Of a stretch of 64,000 nucleotides of DNA, positions 39,959 through 49,202 are shown in pieces (within the stretch, counting starts at the first letter, position 1; each line of letters opens with the position of its first letter). A program made the translations under genes and the position numbers. Under the pieces are notes generated by a model. That model was given only the letters and a program-made list of their open reading frames with translations, was not told where the DNA came from and did no database searches. The DNA is from a virus (taxonomy: Duplodnaviria > Caudoviricetes), in IMG/VR virus record IMGVR_UViG_3300012665_000990, positions 9,776-73,775 of that record. One strand, 5' to 3'.

Positions 39959-40348
39959 ATGCCAAAACTCAGCGAAACATTACAATTTACAGTTAGACAA
40001 GTCACTAGTGGGTCAGTCACTTATGAGCCTTCTATGACATTGAGATCTACCGGAACTTACACTTATTACAGTGAAAAAGTCAAAGGTGATGGCTACTATC
40101 TTGGGCATACCATGTTACATACAGTGACGTATAGCCCTAATTTGATGGTAGGCGATGTAGTAATGCAAGCTACTCTTGCAACTGAACCAACAGATAACGA
40201 CTGGTTTAATATAGATAGTACATACAGTAGTTTCAACAAGAACCCCAACGATATTAAATTCTTTAATTTCAGTGGAAATTTTGTGTGGATTCGAGCTAAA
40301 GTTAACATTTCTGGTGGGAATTTTGGTGGAATTCTGTACAATCACTAA
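39959..40348 (+). CDS. Hypothetical late protein
   Basis: TAAATA at 39946; beta-rich. Confidence 0.55.
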   Translation: MPKLSETLQFTVRQVTSGSVTYEPSMTLRSTGTYTYYSEKVKGDGYYLGHTMLHTVTYSPNLMVGDVVMQATLATEPTDNDWFNIDSTYSSFNKNPNDIKFFNFSGNFVWIRAKVNISGGNFGGILYNH

Positions 40349-40372
40349 TTCATATCCCATTACGTTACAAAT

Positions 40373-40404
40373 AAATACATGATAGATTACTGTCATGTAT
40401 TTTT
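40373..40404 (+). terminator. Hairpin/terminator overlapping a late promoter
   Basis: AAATACATGATAG-ATTA-CTGTCATGTATTT followed by TT; TAAATA at 40372-40377 lies in the 5' arm. Confidence 0.6.
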
Positions 40405-40439
40405 GCGTTTCAGTCAAATTAAAATGGGTCATATAAATT

Positions 40440-40796
40440 ATGTTTTTAAGAGAATTTTTTAGTCAAAACACAAGCGTTGATAAAGAAGAAGAATCCAGTG
40501 AGGAACTATGTAAAGACCTCATGGCATATATCTTAGATCATGATGACCTTCATAAGAAATTAATGATCCCTATTCTTAACGATGTTAAGAAAGAAATAGC
40601 AAACAAAACATACGACAAGAAAACAGCCTATAAAAAGTATGACGAACTAGTTGATACAGCCTGTGTAATGTTTTATAAAGATGAAAAACTACAGGGCGAC
40701 CCAAATAAATTATTCCCTGCCCCATTAAGAGTTAAAGTTGCTCGACAATTGGCCCAAATTAACCAAGAGAGTCATAAAGAGCATGAGGATAACTGA
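40440..40796 (+). CDS. Hypothetical, putative internal head protein
   Basis: Degenerate leader MFLREFF; first gene of the tagged cluster. Confidence 0.5.
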   Translation: MFLREFFSQNTSVDKEEESSEELCKDLMAYILDHDDLHKKLMIPILNDVKKEIANKTYDKKTAYKKYDELVDTACVMFYKDEKLQGDPNKLFPAPLRVKVARQLAQINQESHKEHEDN

Positions 40797-41799
40797 ACTT
40801 TTTGAGGGCGGTTGGGACACTACTAAAACTCAACAAACTGTATTACATCCAAAGATAGTCAGTGTGGCTCTCAAGGTAGTAGATCAGTTTGTTTCTGATT
40901 TCAACAACTATCTAAAAAAACAAAATATCCCTCCAATTAAACGTGGAAAGCCTACAGGTAGTAGTGCTTATCATGAACAAGACTCGGTTGAGAGACCTGA
41001 TGTTATATATGGCGATATTGATTTACAAATGATTGGTAATCCTGTAGAAGGATTAACGTATGGTCAATTTACTAGTTATTGGAATGATCTTGCAGACAAA
41101 TTTGTTACAACAATACATCCGCAATATGTAGACACTAGTGAAAGCAAACCAGGACATCCCATATTTCAAGTTGGTCAAGATCAATACGTACAAGTTGATT
41201 TTATGTGGCATGAAGAAAAGATGGCAGAATGGGGTGCGGCACGTGTAACACCAGAACGTGGAATGAAGGGATTGCTAATGGGCAATATGTTTAGTGTGTT
41301 AGGTGAACTGCTAAACATGAGTATTCAACACGCAGGCGTTCAATTAAAAACAGTAAATGGACAACAAGTACCATTTAGTAAACAAAAAGGTGTTGAAGTT
41401 CAAACTCTCAGTATTAACCCAAGAACGTTTGTATACGATATCTTCAATTACCTACATCAACAAATTTTAGGTACACCAGCTAAAAAAGTTGATCCTCTGT
41501 TAAAACAATTTCCAGGTAACAATATTGACGATGTTAAAATTGCCACTATGGTAAATGCTGTTAAAGGCTTTGCTCGTAGTTGCGAGCTAAATCAGATGTT
41601 TGGGCAGGGCGCATTAGAGCCATATGCTAGTGCAGATGATTTTTTACAAAAGTTTTTAGCACGATACGATGAGAAAGCACAAATTGACATTGCAGGTAAG
41701 AAGCGTGACAAAGCAACAACCCCCGAAGCAATTGCTCGTGCAAATGCAGATCGTGAAAAGATACAAGGTGGTTTAGATATAGTTAAGGGGTTATTTTAA
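40783..41799 (+). CDS. Pol-beta-superfamily nucleotidyltransferase-like protein with capsid-targeting-like leader
   Basis: MRITELFE/GG leader; TGSS...GDIDLQ and VQVDFM acidic motifs. Confidence 0.65.
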   Translation: MRITELFEGGWDTTKTQQTVLHPKIVSVALKVVDQFVSDFNNYLKKQNIPPIKRGKPTGSSAYHEQDSVERPDVIYGDIDLQMIGNPVEGLTYGQFTSYWNDLADKFVTTIHPQYVDTSESKPGHPIFQVGQDQYVQVDFMWHEEKMAEWGAARVTPERGMKGLLMGNMFSVLGELLNMSIQHAGVQLKTVNGQQVPFSKQKGVEVQTLSINPRTFVYDIFNYLHQQILGTPAKKVDPLLKQFPGNNIDDVKIATMVNAVKGFARSCELNQMFGQGALEPYASADDFLQKFLARYDEKAQIDIAGKKRDKATTPEAIARANADREKIQGGLDIVKGLF

Positions 41800-42638
41800 T
41801 GCGTATTAATGAATTATTATTTGAAGCAGGGAAAAGACTTGCTAGTCAAGGTATTGAAGTGTCACGTGTTAATAAACAAGACTTTTTAACTGCCAAAGGC
41901 GCACTTGACCCTATATTAAAGAAAGCAGGCATTGTTGGTGGTTGGACTGCTGGCGGTGCTGGAAGTTTTGATCCAGAGCACCCATATGGTGGCGGTGGCA
42001 GAGAAGACAGTGGTGACATTGATATTATGATTGATCCACAAAATTTAACAAAACAATTTCCTCCAGACATAGAAGCATATAATTCTGCCAGTGCTAAACC
42101 AATTGGTCCAAAAGCAATGGCAAATGTTCTAGCAGATCCTGCTAAAAAAGCAAAATTAGAAATGAGTTCAAGTAAATGGGCATTAGCTGATTACATGAGC
42201 AGAAGTGGATTCCGTACTGACCCAGGAACACTAACTGTTGAATATGGTGCAGGTGGTAAAACATTTTCAGTAGACTTAATTGTGCGTCCAAAAGAATCAT
42301 GGGAACTACATACACATGACTTTGCTAAAGATACAACAATGCGTGGTGGCGATTTATGGATACAGATGTATCCAGTACTGGCTAAACTTGCTAGCCAAAA
42401 AACTTTTATTGATCCAAAGACAGGTGAAGAAAAAGGCAACTTGCAGTTTAGTCCAGACAGAGGCCTAGTAGATAGAGATACCAATCAAGTCATTGCTATT
42501 AAGAAAGATGACATTGCTAAAATACTATTAGGACCACAAGCAACTGCTAGAGACTTAGCCAGCATGAGTGGTATTAGAGCCGCACTAGCAAAACAGCCGC
42601 AAAAGTTATCCCAATTACCCCAACAGCAAACACAATAA
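41799..42638 (+). CDS. Pol-beta-superfamily nucleotidyltransferase-like protein with capsid-targeting-like leader
   Basis: MRINELLFE/AG leader; GAGS...DSGDIDIMID and FSVDLIV motifs. Confidence 0.65.
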   Translation: MRINELLFEAGKRLASQGIEVSRVNKQDFLTAKGALDPILKKAGIVGGWTAGGAGSFDPEHPYGGGGREDSGDIDIMIDPQNLTKQFPPDIEAYNSASAKPIGPKAMANVLADPAKKAKLEMSSSKWALADYMSRSGFRTDPGTLTVEYGAGGKTFSVDLIVRPKESWELHTHDFAKDTTMRGGDLWIQMYPVLAKLASQKTFIDPKTGEEKGNLQFSPDRGLVDRDTNQVIAIKKDDIAKILLGPQATARDLASMSGIRAALAKQPQKLSQLPQQQTQ

Positions 42639-42648
42639 ATATAACATT

Positions 42649-44544
42649 ATGTATTTGATAGAACTTTTTACACCATCTCGCAAAGCAATTATGGAAGGCA
42701 TTGACCATCCAGAAGACCTTATTATCTCTCAAGGTAGTACAGGTGCAGATCGTGTTCTAAAAGATTTAGCAAGTTTACAAACAGATCCAAGTACAGTGAG
42801 TGTTAAATGGGATGGATTCCCTGCCGTTGTTTTTGGTCGAGATGAAAATGGTAGTTTAGTATTCATGGACAAGCACATGTATGACAAAGTTGTCAAAGGT
42901 GCTATGAGTTTTATGAGTATTAAAGATTATGATATATCACGTGATGCAAATCGTGGCGACTTGTGGGAAAAAGAAAGTGTACTAAGACCAGCATTAGAGA
43001 AAGCTGTACCAAATGTAAAAAATCAATTTTGGATGGGTGATCTAATGTGGACTGGAACTCCGCCAACAAGTGATGGTTATTTTGTATTCAAACCAAACAC
43101 AGTTGAATATCGTGTACAAATAGATGACGGCAAGGGAAATAGTTTAGGTGACAAAATTGCTAGAAGTATTGGCGGTATTGCTGTACACACATATATTCCT
43201 GGTATTGGTTCAGGTGATCAACCATTAGTAGGATTAAAAGGTTTATCAGAAGATACAGGTGTTGTATTTTTGGTTGGTGAAATGAAAGACAAACCACGTG
43301 TCGGAATTAACACAGACCTATTAGCAGAAACACAAACTATTATTAATAACCATAGAACAGATGTTGATGAGTTTATTAAAGATTTAACAGCAATGAAGGG
43401 CAAGGCAGTTATTACTGCTATGGGCCCTTTCATTACACGTATGCTGGAAGAGAACGATATACAAACTAATATAGTTCCACGCTTCTTAGAATTTTTAAAA
43501 GAACGTTTAAATGAAACTGCACAGGCAAAATTCTTAGGTGCTAATAAAGATGGCTGGTTATATCAAGAAGGTCAAGGCGGACCAGGCTTACTAGGCATTT
43601 GGACCATGTGGGCCGCCATTGTTGATTTAAAACTGCATATCAAACAACAAATTGATACACAGCAACAAGGTAGTGAAGTTATTGCTATCACTGACGGACT
43701 AAATGCACACGAAGGTTATGTGTTTGGTGCAGGTAAAGACAAATTAAAATTAATTGATCGTTTAGGATTTAGCCGTGCTAACTTTGCTAAACATAAAGTA
43801 CCAGATGAAGAGATTGCACAAAAGAGTAAAATGCCTTTGGCAACATTCTGTTTTGGTCGTATGAACCCTCCTACAATGGGTCACGGTTTAGTAATGAACA
43901 AGACTATTGAGGCGGGTGGTGAAAATTCTTTTGTATTCTTAAGTAATAGTGTTGGTACTGATGATCCATTAGATCCAAATACAAAAGCACAATTCATTGC
44001 ACAAATTTATCCAGAAGTTGCTAGTCATATTGTAACTGATTACGTACAAGGTCCAATTTATGCGGCTAATTGGTTATACCAAAAAGGTTATCGCAACATG
44101 GCATTTGTTGCTGGCAGTGATAGACTAGGCAAAGAAAAAGGCAGTATTGAAAAATTATTAACTAGTTGGAACAGTGGTCCTATTCGTAGCACGGATCCAG
44201 CTGGAGCACGTGAACACGTGGTTATGCAATATATCAGTGCAGGTCAACGTGATGCTGATGCAGAAGGTGTAGAAGGTTACAGTGGAACTAAAGCTCGGCA
44301 AGCCGCAGTTGCTGGCAACGAACAACAATTCCAACAATTTACTGGTGTTGGTAATGATGTTATAGTTAACGGAAAAACTTTATACCAAACAGTAAGAGAA
44401 GGTTTAGGAATTAAAGATCAAGCGCAAAAACCTGCGCCAGTACAACAAAAACAACCTGTGCAACAACCTGCACAACAAACACAAGTTACTAAAAAAATTC
44501 CTGGTAAGGCACCAGCCAAAGTAGGAGCAGAGGAACAACTATGA
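42649..44544 (+). CDS. Two-domain protein: ligase-like KxDG domain plus HxGH-type cytidylyl/adenylyltransferase domain
   Basis: SVKWDGFPAVVFG, GDLMW, HEGYV, KLIDR in the N part; FGRMNPPTMGH, AGSDR, SGTKAR in the C part. Confidence 0.7.
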   Translation: MYLIELFTPSRKAIMEGIDHPEDLIISQGSTGADRVLKDLASLQTDPSTVSVKWDGFPAVVFGRDENGSLVFMDKHMYDKVVKGAMSFMSIKDYDISRDANRGDLWEKESVLRPALEKAVPNVKNQFWMGDLMWTGTPPTSDGYFVFKPNTVEYRVQIDDGKGNSLGDKIARSIGGIAVHTYIPGIGSGDQPLVGLKGLSEDTGVVFLVGEMKDKPRVGINTDLLAETQTIINNHRTDVDEFIKDLTAMKGKAVITAMGPFITRMLEENDIQTNIVPRFLEFLKERLNETAQAKFLGANKDGWLYQEGQGGPGLLGIWTMWAAIVDLKLHIKQQIDTQQQGSEVIAITDGLNAHEGYVFGAGKDKLKLIDRLGFSRANFAKHKVPDEEIAQKSKMPLATFCFGRMNPPTMGHGLVMNKTIEAGGENSFVFLSNSVGTDDPLDPNTKAQFIAQIYPEVASHIVTDYVQGPIYAANWLYQKGYRNMAFVAGSDRLGKEKGSIEKLLTSWNSGPIRSTDPAGAREHVVMQYISAGQRDADAEGVEGYSGTKARQAAVAGNEQQFQQFTGVGNDVIVNGKTLYQTVREGLGIKDQAQKPAPVQQKQPVQQPAQQTQVTKKIPGKAPAKVGAEEQL

Positions 44545-45761
44545 AAATCACACAAATAATTGAACATAAAAAAGGTGTTCGTGCAGTTAAGGCAACTGTT
44601 AAGCCAAGAAACTTTGTTGCTAAAAATGCAATTCAAAGTGGTGCTGGGGCACACAAAGATAAAAAGAAAGCAGCCAAACAAGGTGATGTTAAGCACAAAG
44701 CCCAATCAGTTGCAGAAGGTATTGGCGATACAATTTCTACCGTTGCTACAAAAGTTGGCGATGCACTAGCAGGTGCTTTACCAAAAGAATATAGACCTTT
44801 TGATAATGATACTGCCGCTAAAAATCAACAATCAATGAAAGTGGCTAAAAACGAAAGCAATGCCGAGTACGATGATGAAGCTGGTATGGCTGACAACAAT
44901 CTTGAAACACTTCGTCGTGCCGTGGACGGCATTGACGATGTTATCAATGCAGGCGATAACTTGCCTGAATGGTGTCAAGAAAAGATTGCAGTGGCTAAAT
45001 CAATGTTAATAGCAGTGTGGGATTATATGCGTTCAGAAGAAGAACGTGGCGTAAACGAACAAGTTGGTACCTATTCTAGCAGTAATATGCAAATGTCAGT
45101 AGACGGTGCTAGACAACTAGCTACTACAGATTTACTTAGAAAAAAATACGGAGACAATTTCCAAGATAAACCAGGAAATGGGATGCACTATAATCAAGAA
45201 GTCAAAACAATAGCTGATCCTAAAAACCCTGGGAAATATCACTCAACGGTAACATTAAAACCAAAAGATTATACGCTATCACCAAATATATCAGCAAGAC
45301 CTAGCATGGATCCTAATCAAGACTTTGATTATTTCCATAAAGGTGAACAACTAAAATCAGATCATCCACTTTTTAATAAAGTTAAGCAGATGCACATTGA
45401 CAGTTTAAACCCTGTGGCTGAACCAGATGTAAAAGAATCAAGAATGACAGAAGTATCACGCAACCCAGATACAATGAGCGCAACTGATTATGACCGTTAC
45501 CAACAAGGTCAAATGGACCAACAAAAGCGCAATTTCAAACGTGACGAAATGGAACACGAACTTGGCGACGAAGATCGCGGAATGTATTTTGTTGTGATTG
45601 CCAAGAATGGTAAATGGGAACATACTAAGGCGCAGCCTAGACAAGAAGGTATGAATGCCGCACAAAAAGTAATCAATGCATTACACGCCAAATATCCTAG
45701 TATGCATTTAGGTATGCAAGGACCAGACGGCAAAGTATATAATATGGGTAAAGGCAAATAA
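44541..45761 (+). CDS. Putative internal head protein with multiple protease sites
   Basis: MKITQIIE leader; internal VAE, VNE, VKE, MTE sites; LPEWCQEKI block. Confidence 0.55.
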   Translation: MKITQIIEHKKGVRAVKATVKPRNFVAKNAIQSGAGAHKDKKKAAKQGDVKHKAQSVAEGIGDTISTVATKVGDALAGALPKEYRPFDNDTAAKNQQSMKVAKNESNAEYDDEAGMADNNLETLRRAVDGIDDVINAGDNLPEWCQEKIAVAKSMLIAVWDYMRSEEERGVNEQVGTYSSSNMQMSVDGARQLATTDLLRKKYGDNFQDKPGNGMHYNQEVKTIADPKNPGKYHSTVTLKPKDYTLSPNISARPSMDPNQDFDYFHKGEQLKSDHPLFNKVKQMHIDSLNPVAEPDVKESRMTEVSRNPDTMSATDYDRYQQGQMDQQKRNFKRDEMEHELGDEDRGMYFVVIAKNGKWEHTKAQPRQEGMNAAQKVINALHAKYPSMHLGMQGPDGKVYNMGKGK

Positions 45762-45762
45762 G

Positions 45763-46197
45763 ATGGACAAGTATCAATTAGCTCTTAAAACAGCGTTTGC
45801 AAGTGAGTATGCATTTGCAATCAAAGCACAAAACTTTCATTGGAATGTAGAAGGTTCTCTGTTTCCACAACTACACGAGTTGTTTGAAAAAATTTATACA
45901 GAAGTTTATGGAAGCATTGACACTTTTGCAGAGCAATTACGTGCATTACAGATATATGCTCCCGCTAGTTTACAAAAATTTAGTATGCTATCAGTAGTTG
46001 AAGATGAAAACGAAATCCTTGAGCAAGGCGCTATGGTTGGTGAGCTATTAGATGATAGCGAAAAAATGGCTAACATTTTTAAATTAACATTTAGCATGGC
46101 TGAACAAGCTGGTGATCATGGGTTAAGTAACTTTTTAGCTGATCGTCAAGACGCACATAAGAAACACAGTTGGATGCTACGTAGCACGTTAAAATGA
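45763..46197 (+). CDS. dps: Dps/ferritin-like protein
   Basis: NFHWNVEG..FPQLHELFE, DTFAEQLR, HKKHSWML. Confidence 0.9.
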   Translation: MDKYQLALKTAFASEYAFAIKAQNFHWNVEGSLFPQLHELFEKIYTEVYGSIDTFAEQLRALQIYAPASLQKFSMLSVVEDENEILEQGAMVGELLDDSEKMANIFKLTFSMAEQAGDHGLSNFLADRQDAHKKHSWMLRSTLK

Positions 46198-46481
46198 AAC
46201 AGTATAAGATTACTACAGAAAATTTAAATCAAGATACAGATGAAGATTGTTATCTTGACAGTAGTGATCCTATACATGAATTAAAAGCAATACAACACTT
46301 AGCAGGCCTTAATAGGCATTTAAAAGAATATAAAGGTTTAGAAGGTAGCAACATAAGTGGGACAGGTAACGAAAAAGGTCAGTTAATGAAGCAACATAAT
46401 ATTAAACCAGGAACTCCAGAATGGTTCCAATTATGGTTTAGTTTGCCTTATATGACTGGCGAAAAGCCTGTAGGGAAATAA
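46194..46481 (+). CDS. Hypothetical protein
   Basis: Coupled ORF; IKPGTPEWFQLWFS motif. Confidence 0.55.
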   Translation: MKQYKITTENLNQDTDEDCYLDSSDPIHELKAIQHLAGLNRHLKEYKGLEGSNISGTGNEKGQLMKQHNIKPGTPEWFQLWFSLPYMTGEKPVGK

Positions 46482-46482
46482 G

Positions 46483-47136
46483 ATGCGTATAACTGAATTA
46501 TTAGAAACTGTTGCCAAAAAACCTGAAGAAGTGGATCAGTCCAATCTAGCCACTATACAGGGAAATGTTTACGGTAATGAAAGCGGTTATGGAAAGGCCG
46601 ATACTACTAAACCAAACTATGCTGGTGCTTTAGGTCCAATGCAAATACTACCTAGTACATTTGACTGGATGAAACAAGCAAAGATAATTCCAACTGAATA
46701 TGATATCAATAATCCTGATCAAAATAGAGCGGCAGGCGATGCATTGTTAGGACACTATCATAAAAAATATCAAGGCGACCCTGCAAAAGTATATGCGGCG
46801 TATTACGCTGGCCCTGGAGCAATAAATAAAGATGGAAGTATTAATACTCACTGGAGAGATTTAAAAAATCCCAAAGCACCAACTGTAGGACAGTATATTG
46901 AAAAAGCAATGGCTAGAAGTGGTGGCAACACTAATAGTTTTATGGCGTCAATTAATAATGCGCCAAGTGCTGTTAAAGATTACGTTAGTTCAACATATGG
47001 TAGTATCAAAGACTTTGTAAGTTCAATGTCAAGGCCAGAAACAACGTTTGATCCAGAAGAAGAAAAACGTAAAGAAGAACTTAAAAAGAAACGCAAGGCA
47101 TTGGCAGCATTAAAGGCGCAAGGAAAGACAGCATGA
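46483..47136 (+). CDS. Lytic transglycosylase (SLT) with capsid-targeting-like leader
   Basis: MRITELLE leader; ESG (catalytic Glu), GALGPMQILPST, AAYYAGPG. Confidence 0.8.
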   Translation: MRITELLETVAKKPEEVDQSNLATIQGNVYGNESGYGKADTTKPNYAGALGPMQILPSTFDWMKQAKIIPTEYDINNPDQNRAAGDALLGHYHKKYQGDPAKVYAAYYAGPGAINKDGSINTHWRDLKNPKAPTVGQYIEKAMARSGGNTNSFMASINNAPSAVKDYVSSTYGSIKDFVSSMSRPETTFDPEEEKRKEELKKKRKALAALKAQGKTA

Positions 47137-47492
47137 GAATTAATGAATTACTAATTGAAGGCGGCAAATTACGTGCTAGTCAAGAAAACCCAATCAGCAG
47201 ATTACAAACATTCAATGCACTAAACATGTACAATGGTGACGGATATAAAGCATATCGTTTTGGCGTTGCACTTGCAGGATCGCCCGATGTTAATGTAGAA
47301 AACGAAAGTCCATTTGCTGGTGACTATACAGTTAAAAGTTATACTGATGAAGAACAAGAAATGATTAATCATGCGGCAAAACAATTAGGTATCAAGGGCT
47401 CTACAAAAGCTGGCAATGGCAGTTTAGAACCTAAAGGCACCAATACTGCTAGTCCAGTAGCAACAATTAAAAAGAACAAATACGGCGTATAA
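47133..47492 (+). CDS. Putative internal head protein
   Basis: MRINELLIE/GG leader. Confidence 0.55.
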   Translation: MRINELLIEGGKLRASQENPISRLQTFNALNMYNGDGYKAYRFGVALAGSPDVNVENESPFAGDYTVKSYTDEEQEMINHAAKQLGIKGSTKAGNGSLEPKGTNTASPVATIKKNKYGV

Positions 47493-47493
47493 T

Positions 47494-48078
47494 ATGAAGA
47501 TACAAGAAATTCTATTAGAATTTGAACTCCCAGGTGCTCTTAGAGATATACCAGTTGCTAATATATTTGGTGCAACACTCACTGCTGGCCAAATTTCTGA
47601 TGCAATTCCAGGTGCTGATCCAAGAACTGTAATCAAATACGGTAAACAAATTAACGATATTATACAAACTAATATAACACCAAATTATACTGTAGGTAGT
47701 GCTATTGCTGATATCGCAGTTGCATTGCCAATTGGTCGTGCAATTAAAGGTGCAAAAACTGCAACTCAAGCTACAAGTGCATTAGGCGGAGTTGCCGCAA
47801 GAAGAGAACTTGGCAGAGAATTAGCAAGTAATGTTACACTCATGCCAGGAATGTCAAACTCTTCAGGATCTAAAATTGAACCTGCAAATCAGCAACCAGT
47901 TAAAAAGAAAAGAAAAAATGTTGGTGAAGTTATTCCTGTTCCAATTGGTGGGAAACAGTATAATCTACCAATTATAAAAGTATTACCAAGTTCTGGATAC
48001 ATAGTTGATGCAAGCAAAGTTCCTGGTAAAAAACCAGGCGAAACAATAGATGCCCCAGAACCAGAGGATAAACTATAA
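47494..48078 (+). CDS. Putative internal head protein
   Basis: MKIQEILLE leader; basic KKKRK patch. Confidence 0.55.
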   Translation: MKIQEILLEFELPGALRDIPVANIFGATLTAGQISDAIPGADPRTVIKYGKQINDIIQTNITPNYTVGSAIADIAVALPIGRAIKGAKTATQATSALGGVAARRELGRELASNVTLMPGMSNSSGSKIEPANQQPVKKKRKNVGEVIPVPIGGKQYNLPIIKVLPSSGYIVDASKVPGKKPGETIDAPEPEDKL

Positions 48079-48323
48079 TGCGTATTCAAGATTTATTAGT
48101 AGAAGCAGGTAGTGAAGGCGGTACTACTACCGCATCATTAGGTCCAGCTAATCCTACTGCTAATTTAAGCCCAGGGTCAGCCCGTGGAAAGAAAAGTTAT
48201 TTAGGTAGTCCAGGATCAGGGTCAGGAACTAAAGCACCACCACAGCCAAAGCCAAAAAAGCAAAAACCAACAGATAATGCCCTAGATGGCGATAGTATCT
48301 TTGGCACACCGCAAAAACGATAA
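48078..48323 (+). CDS. Putative internal head protein (small, disordered)
   Basis: MRIQDLLVE/AG leader; Gly/Pro/Lys-rich. Confidence 0.55.
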   Translation: MRIQDLLVEAGSEGGTTTASLGPANPTANLSPGSARGKKSYLGSPGSGSGTKAPPQPKPKKQKPTDNALDGDSIFGTPQKR

Positions 48324-48343
48324 ATAAAGTATCGGAGATTATT

Positions 48344-49192
48344 ATGCCATATAAAACAGCCAAACAGAAAAAAGCAATTGATGCGGCGGCACATAATCCA
48401 AAAATAGCTAAAAATTTAGGGATCAATATGAAAGATGCAAAGAAAATGTCAGCACATGGCAAAGGACAGAAGTTTAATGAGACTCAAGAAGATCCTCCAT
48501 TTGACGGTCCGTATTCTAAAGCAGGAGAAGTTAAAAAAGATCGCTATGGTAACATAATTAAAGATAAAAATATTGCTAAACATTTAGCAAAGAAAGGAAG
48601 AGCTGAAGTGGAAAAGACAACAGACACAAAAGTTAAAGAAGCAGTAGTTACTTCTGGTCCACATAAGGGCAAACAATGGAGTCCAAAAACTCCAGGGCCA
48701 ACAAATCCAAATTTTAAAGATGACGGATCGATGGGGCCAAGTGATGGAGCCACTGCGCCACCTCCAGGATATAAACCACCAAAACCAAAGTCAATGAAGA
48801 AAGCAGAAGTTGGTAGTGATACAGCAGTAGCAGTAAATGATACTGATGATCAAGAACTAACTGCAAGTATGGAACACAAAGGTAAAAAAGTTAAAGAAGC
48901 CAAAAAGAACGATGGTAATTTAGCTAATAATGCTAAACCATATGACAAGGTCACACGCGGTGATGTTATTGCTGGTCGTTTAGGTAAAGACGAAATGGGC
49001 GGTAAGAAAAAGAAAGTCAAAGAAAGTACAGAAGCTCAATTACTACGCATTGCTAAACAAGCAATGGATACAGTTAAAGCGTTGAGAGAAGCTAAACAAG
49101 AAGCGGCACGTATTAAACACATGCCAATTTCCGAAAGCGATGAATACTTTGCAGGCTTACAATCACGTTTGAACAAACAAATTAAAGGTTAA
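48344..49192 (+). CDS. Lys-rich disordered putative head/core protein
   Basis: Late promoter at 48321; repeated VKE/A, VKE/S, LRE/A, ISE/S sites. Confidence 0.5.
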   Translation: MPYKTAKQKKAIDAAAHNPKIAKNLGINMKDAKKMSAHGKGQKFNETQEDPPFDGPYSKAGEVKKDRYGNIIKDKNIAKHLAKKGRAEVEKTTDTKVKEAVVTSGPHKGKQWSPKTPGPTNPNFKDDGSMGPSDGATAPPPGYKPPKPKSMKKAEVGSDTAVAVNDTDDQELTASMEHKGKKVKEAKKNDGNLANNAKPYDKVTRGDVIAGRLGKDEMGGKKKKVKESTEAQLLRIAKQAMDTVKALREAKQEAARIKHMPISESDEYFAGLQSRLNKQIKG

Positions 49193-49202
49193 TCCTTTTT
49201 AT

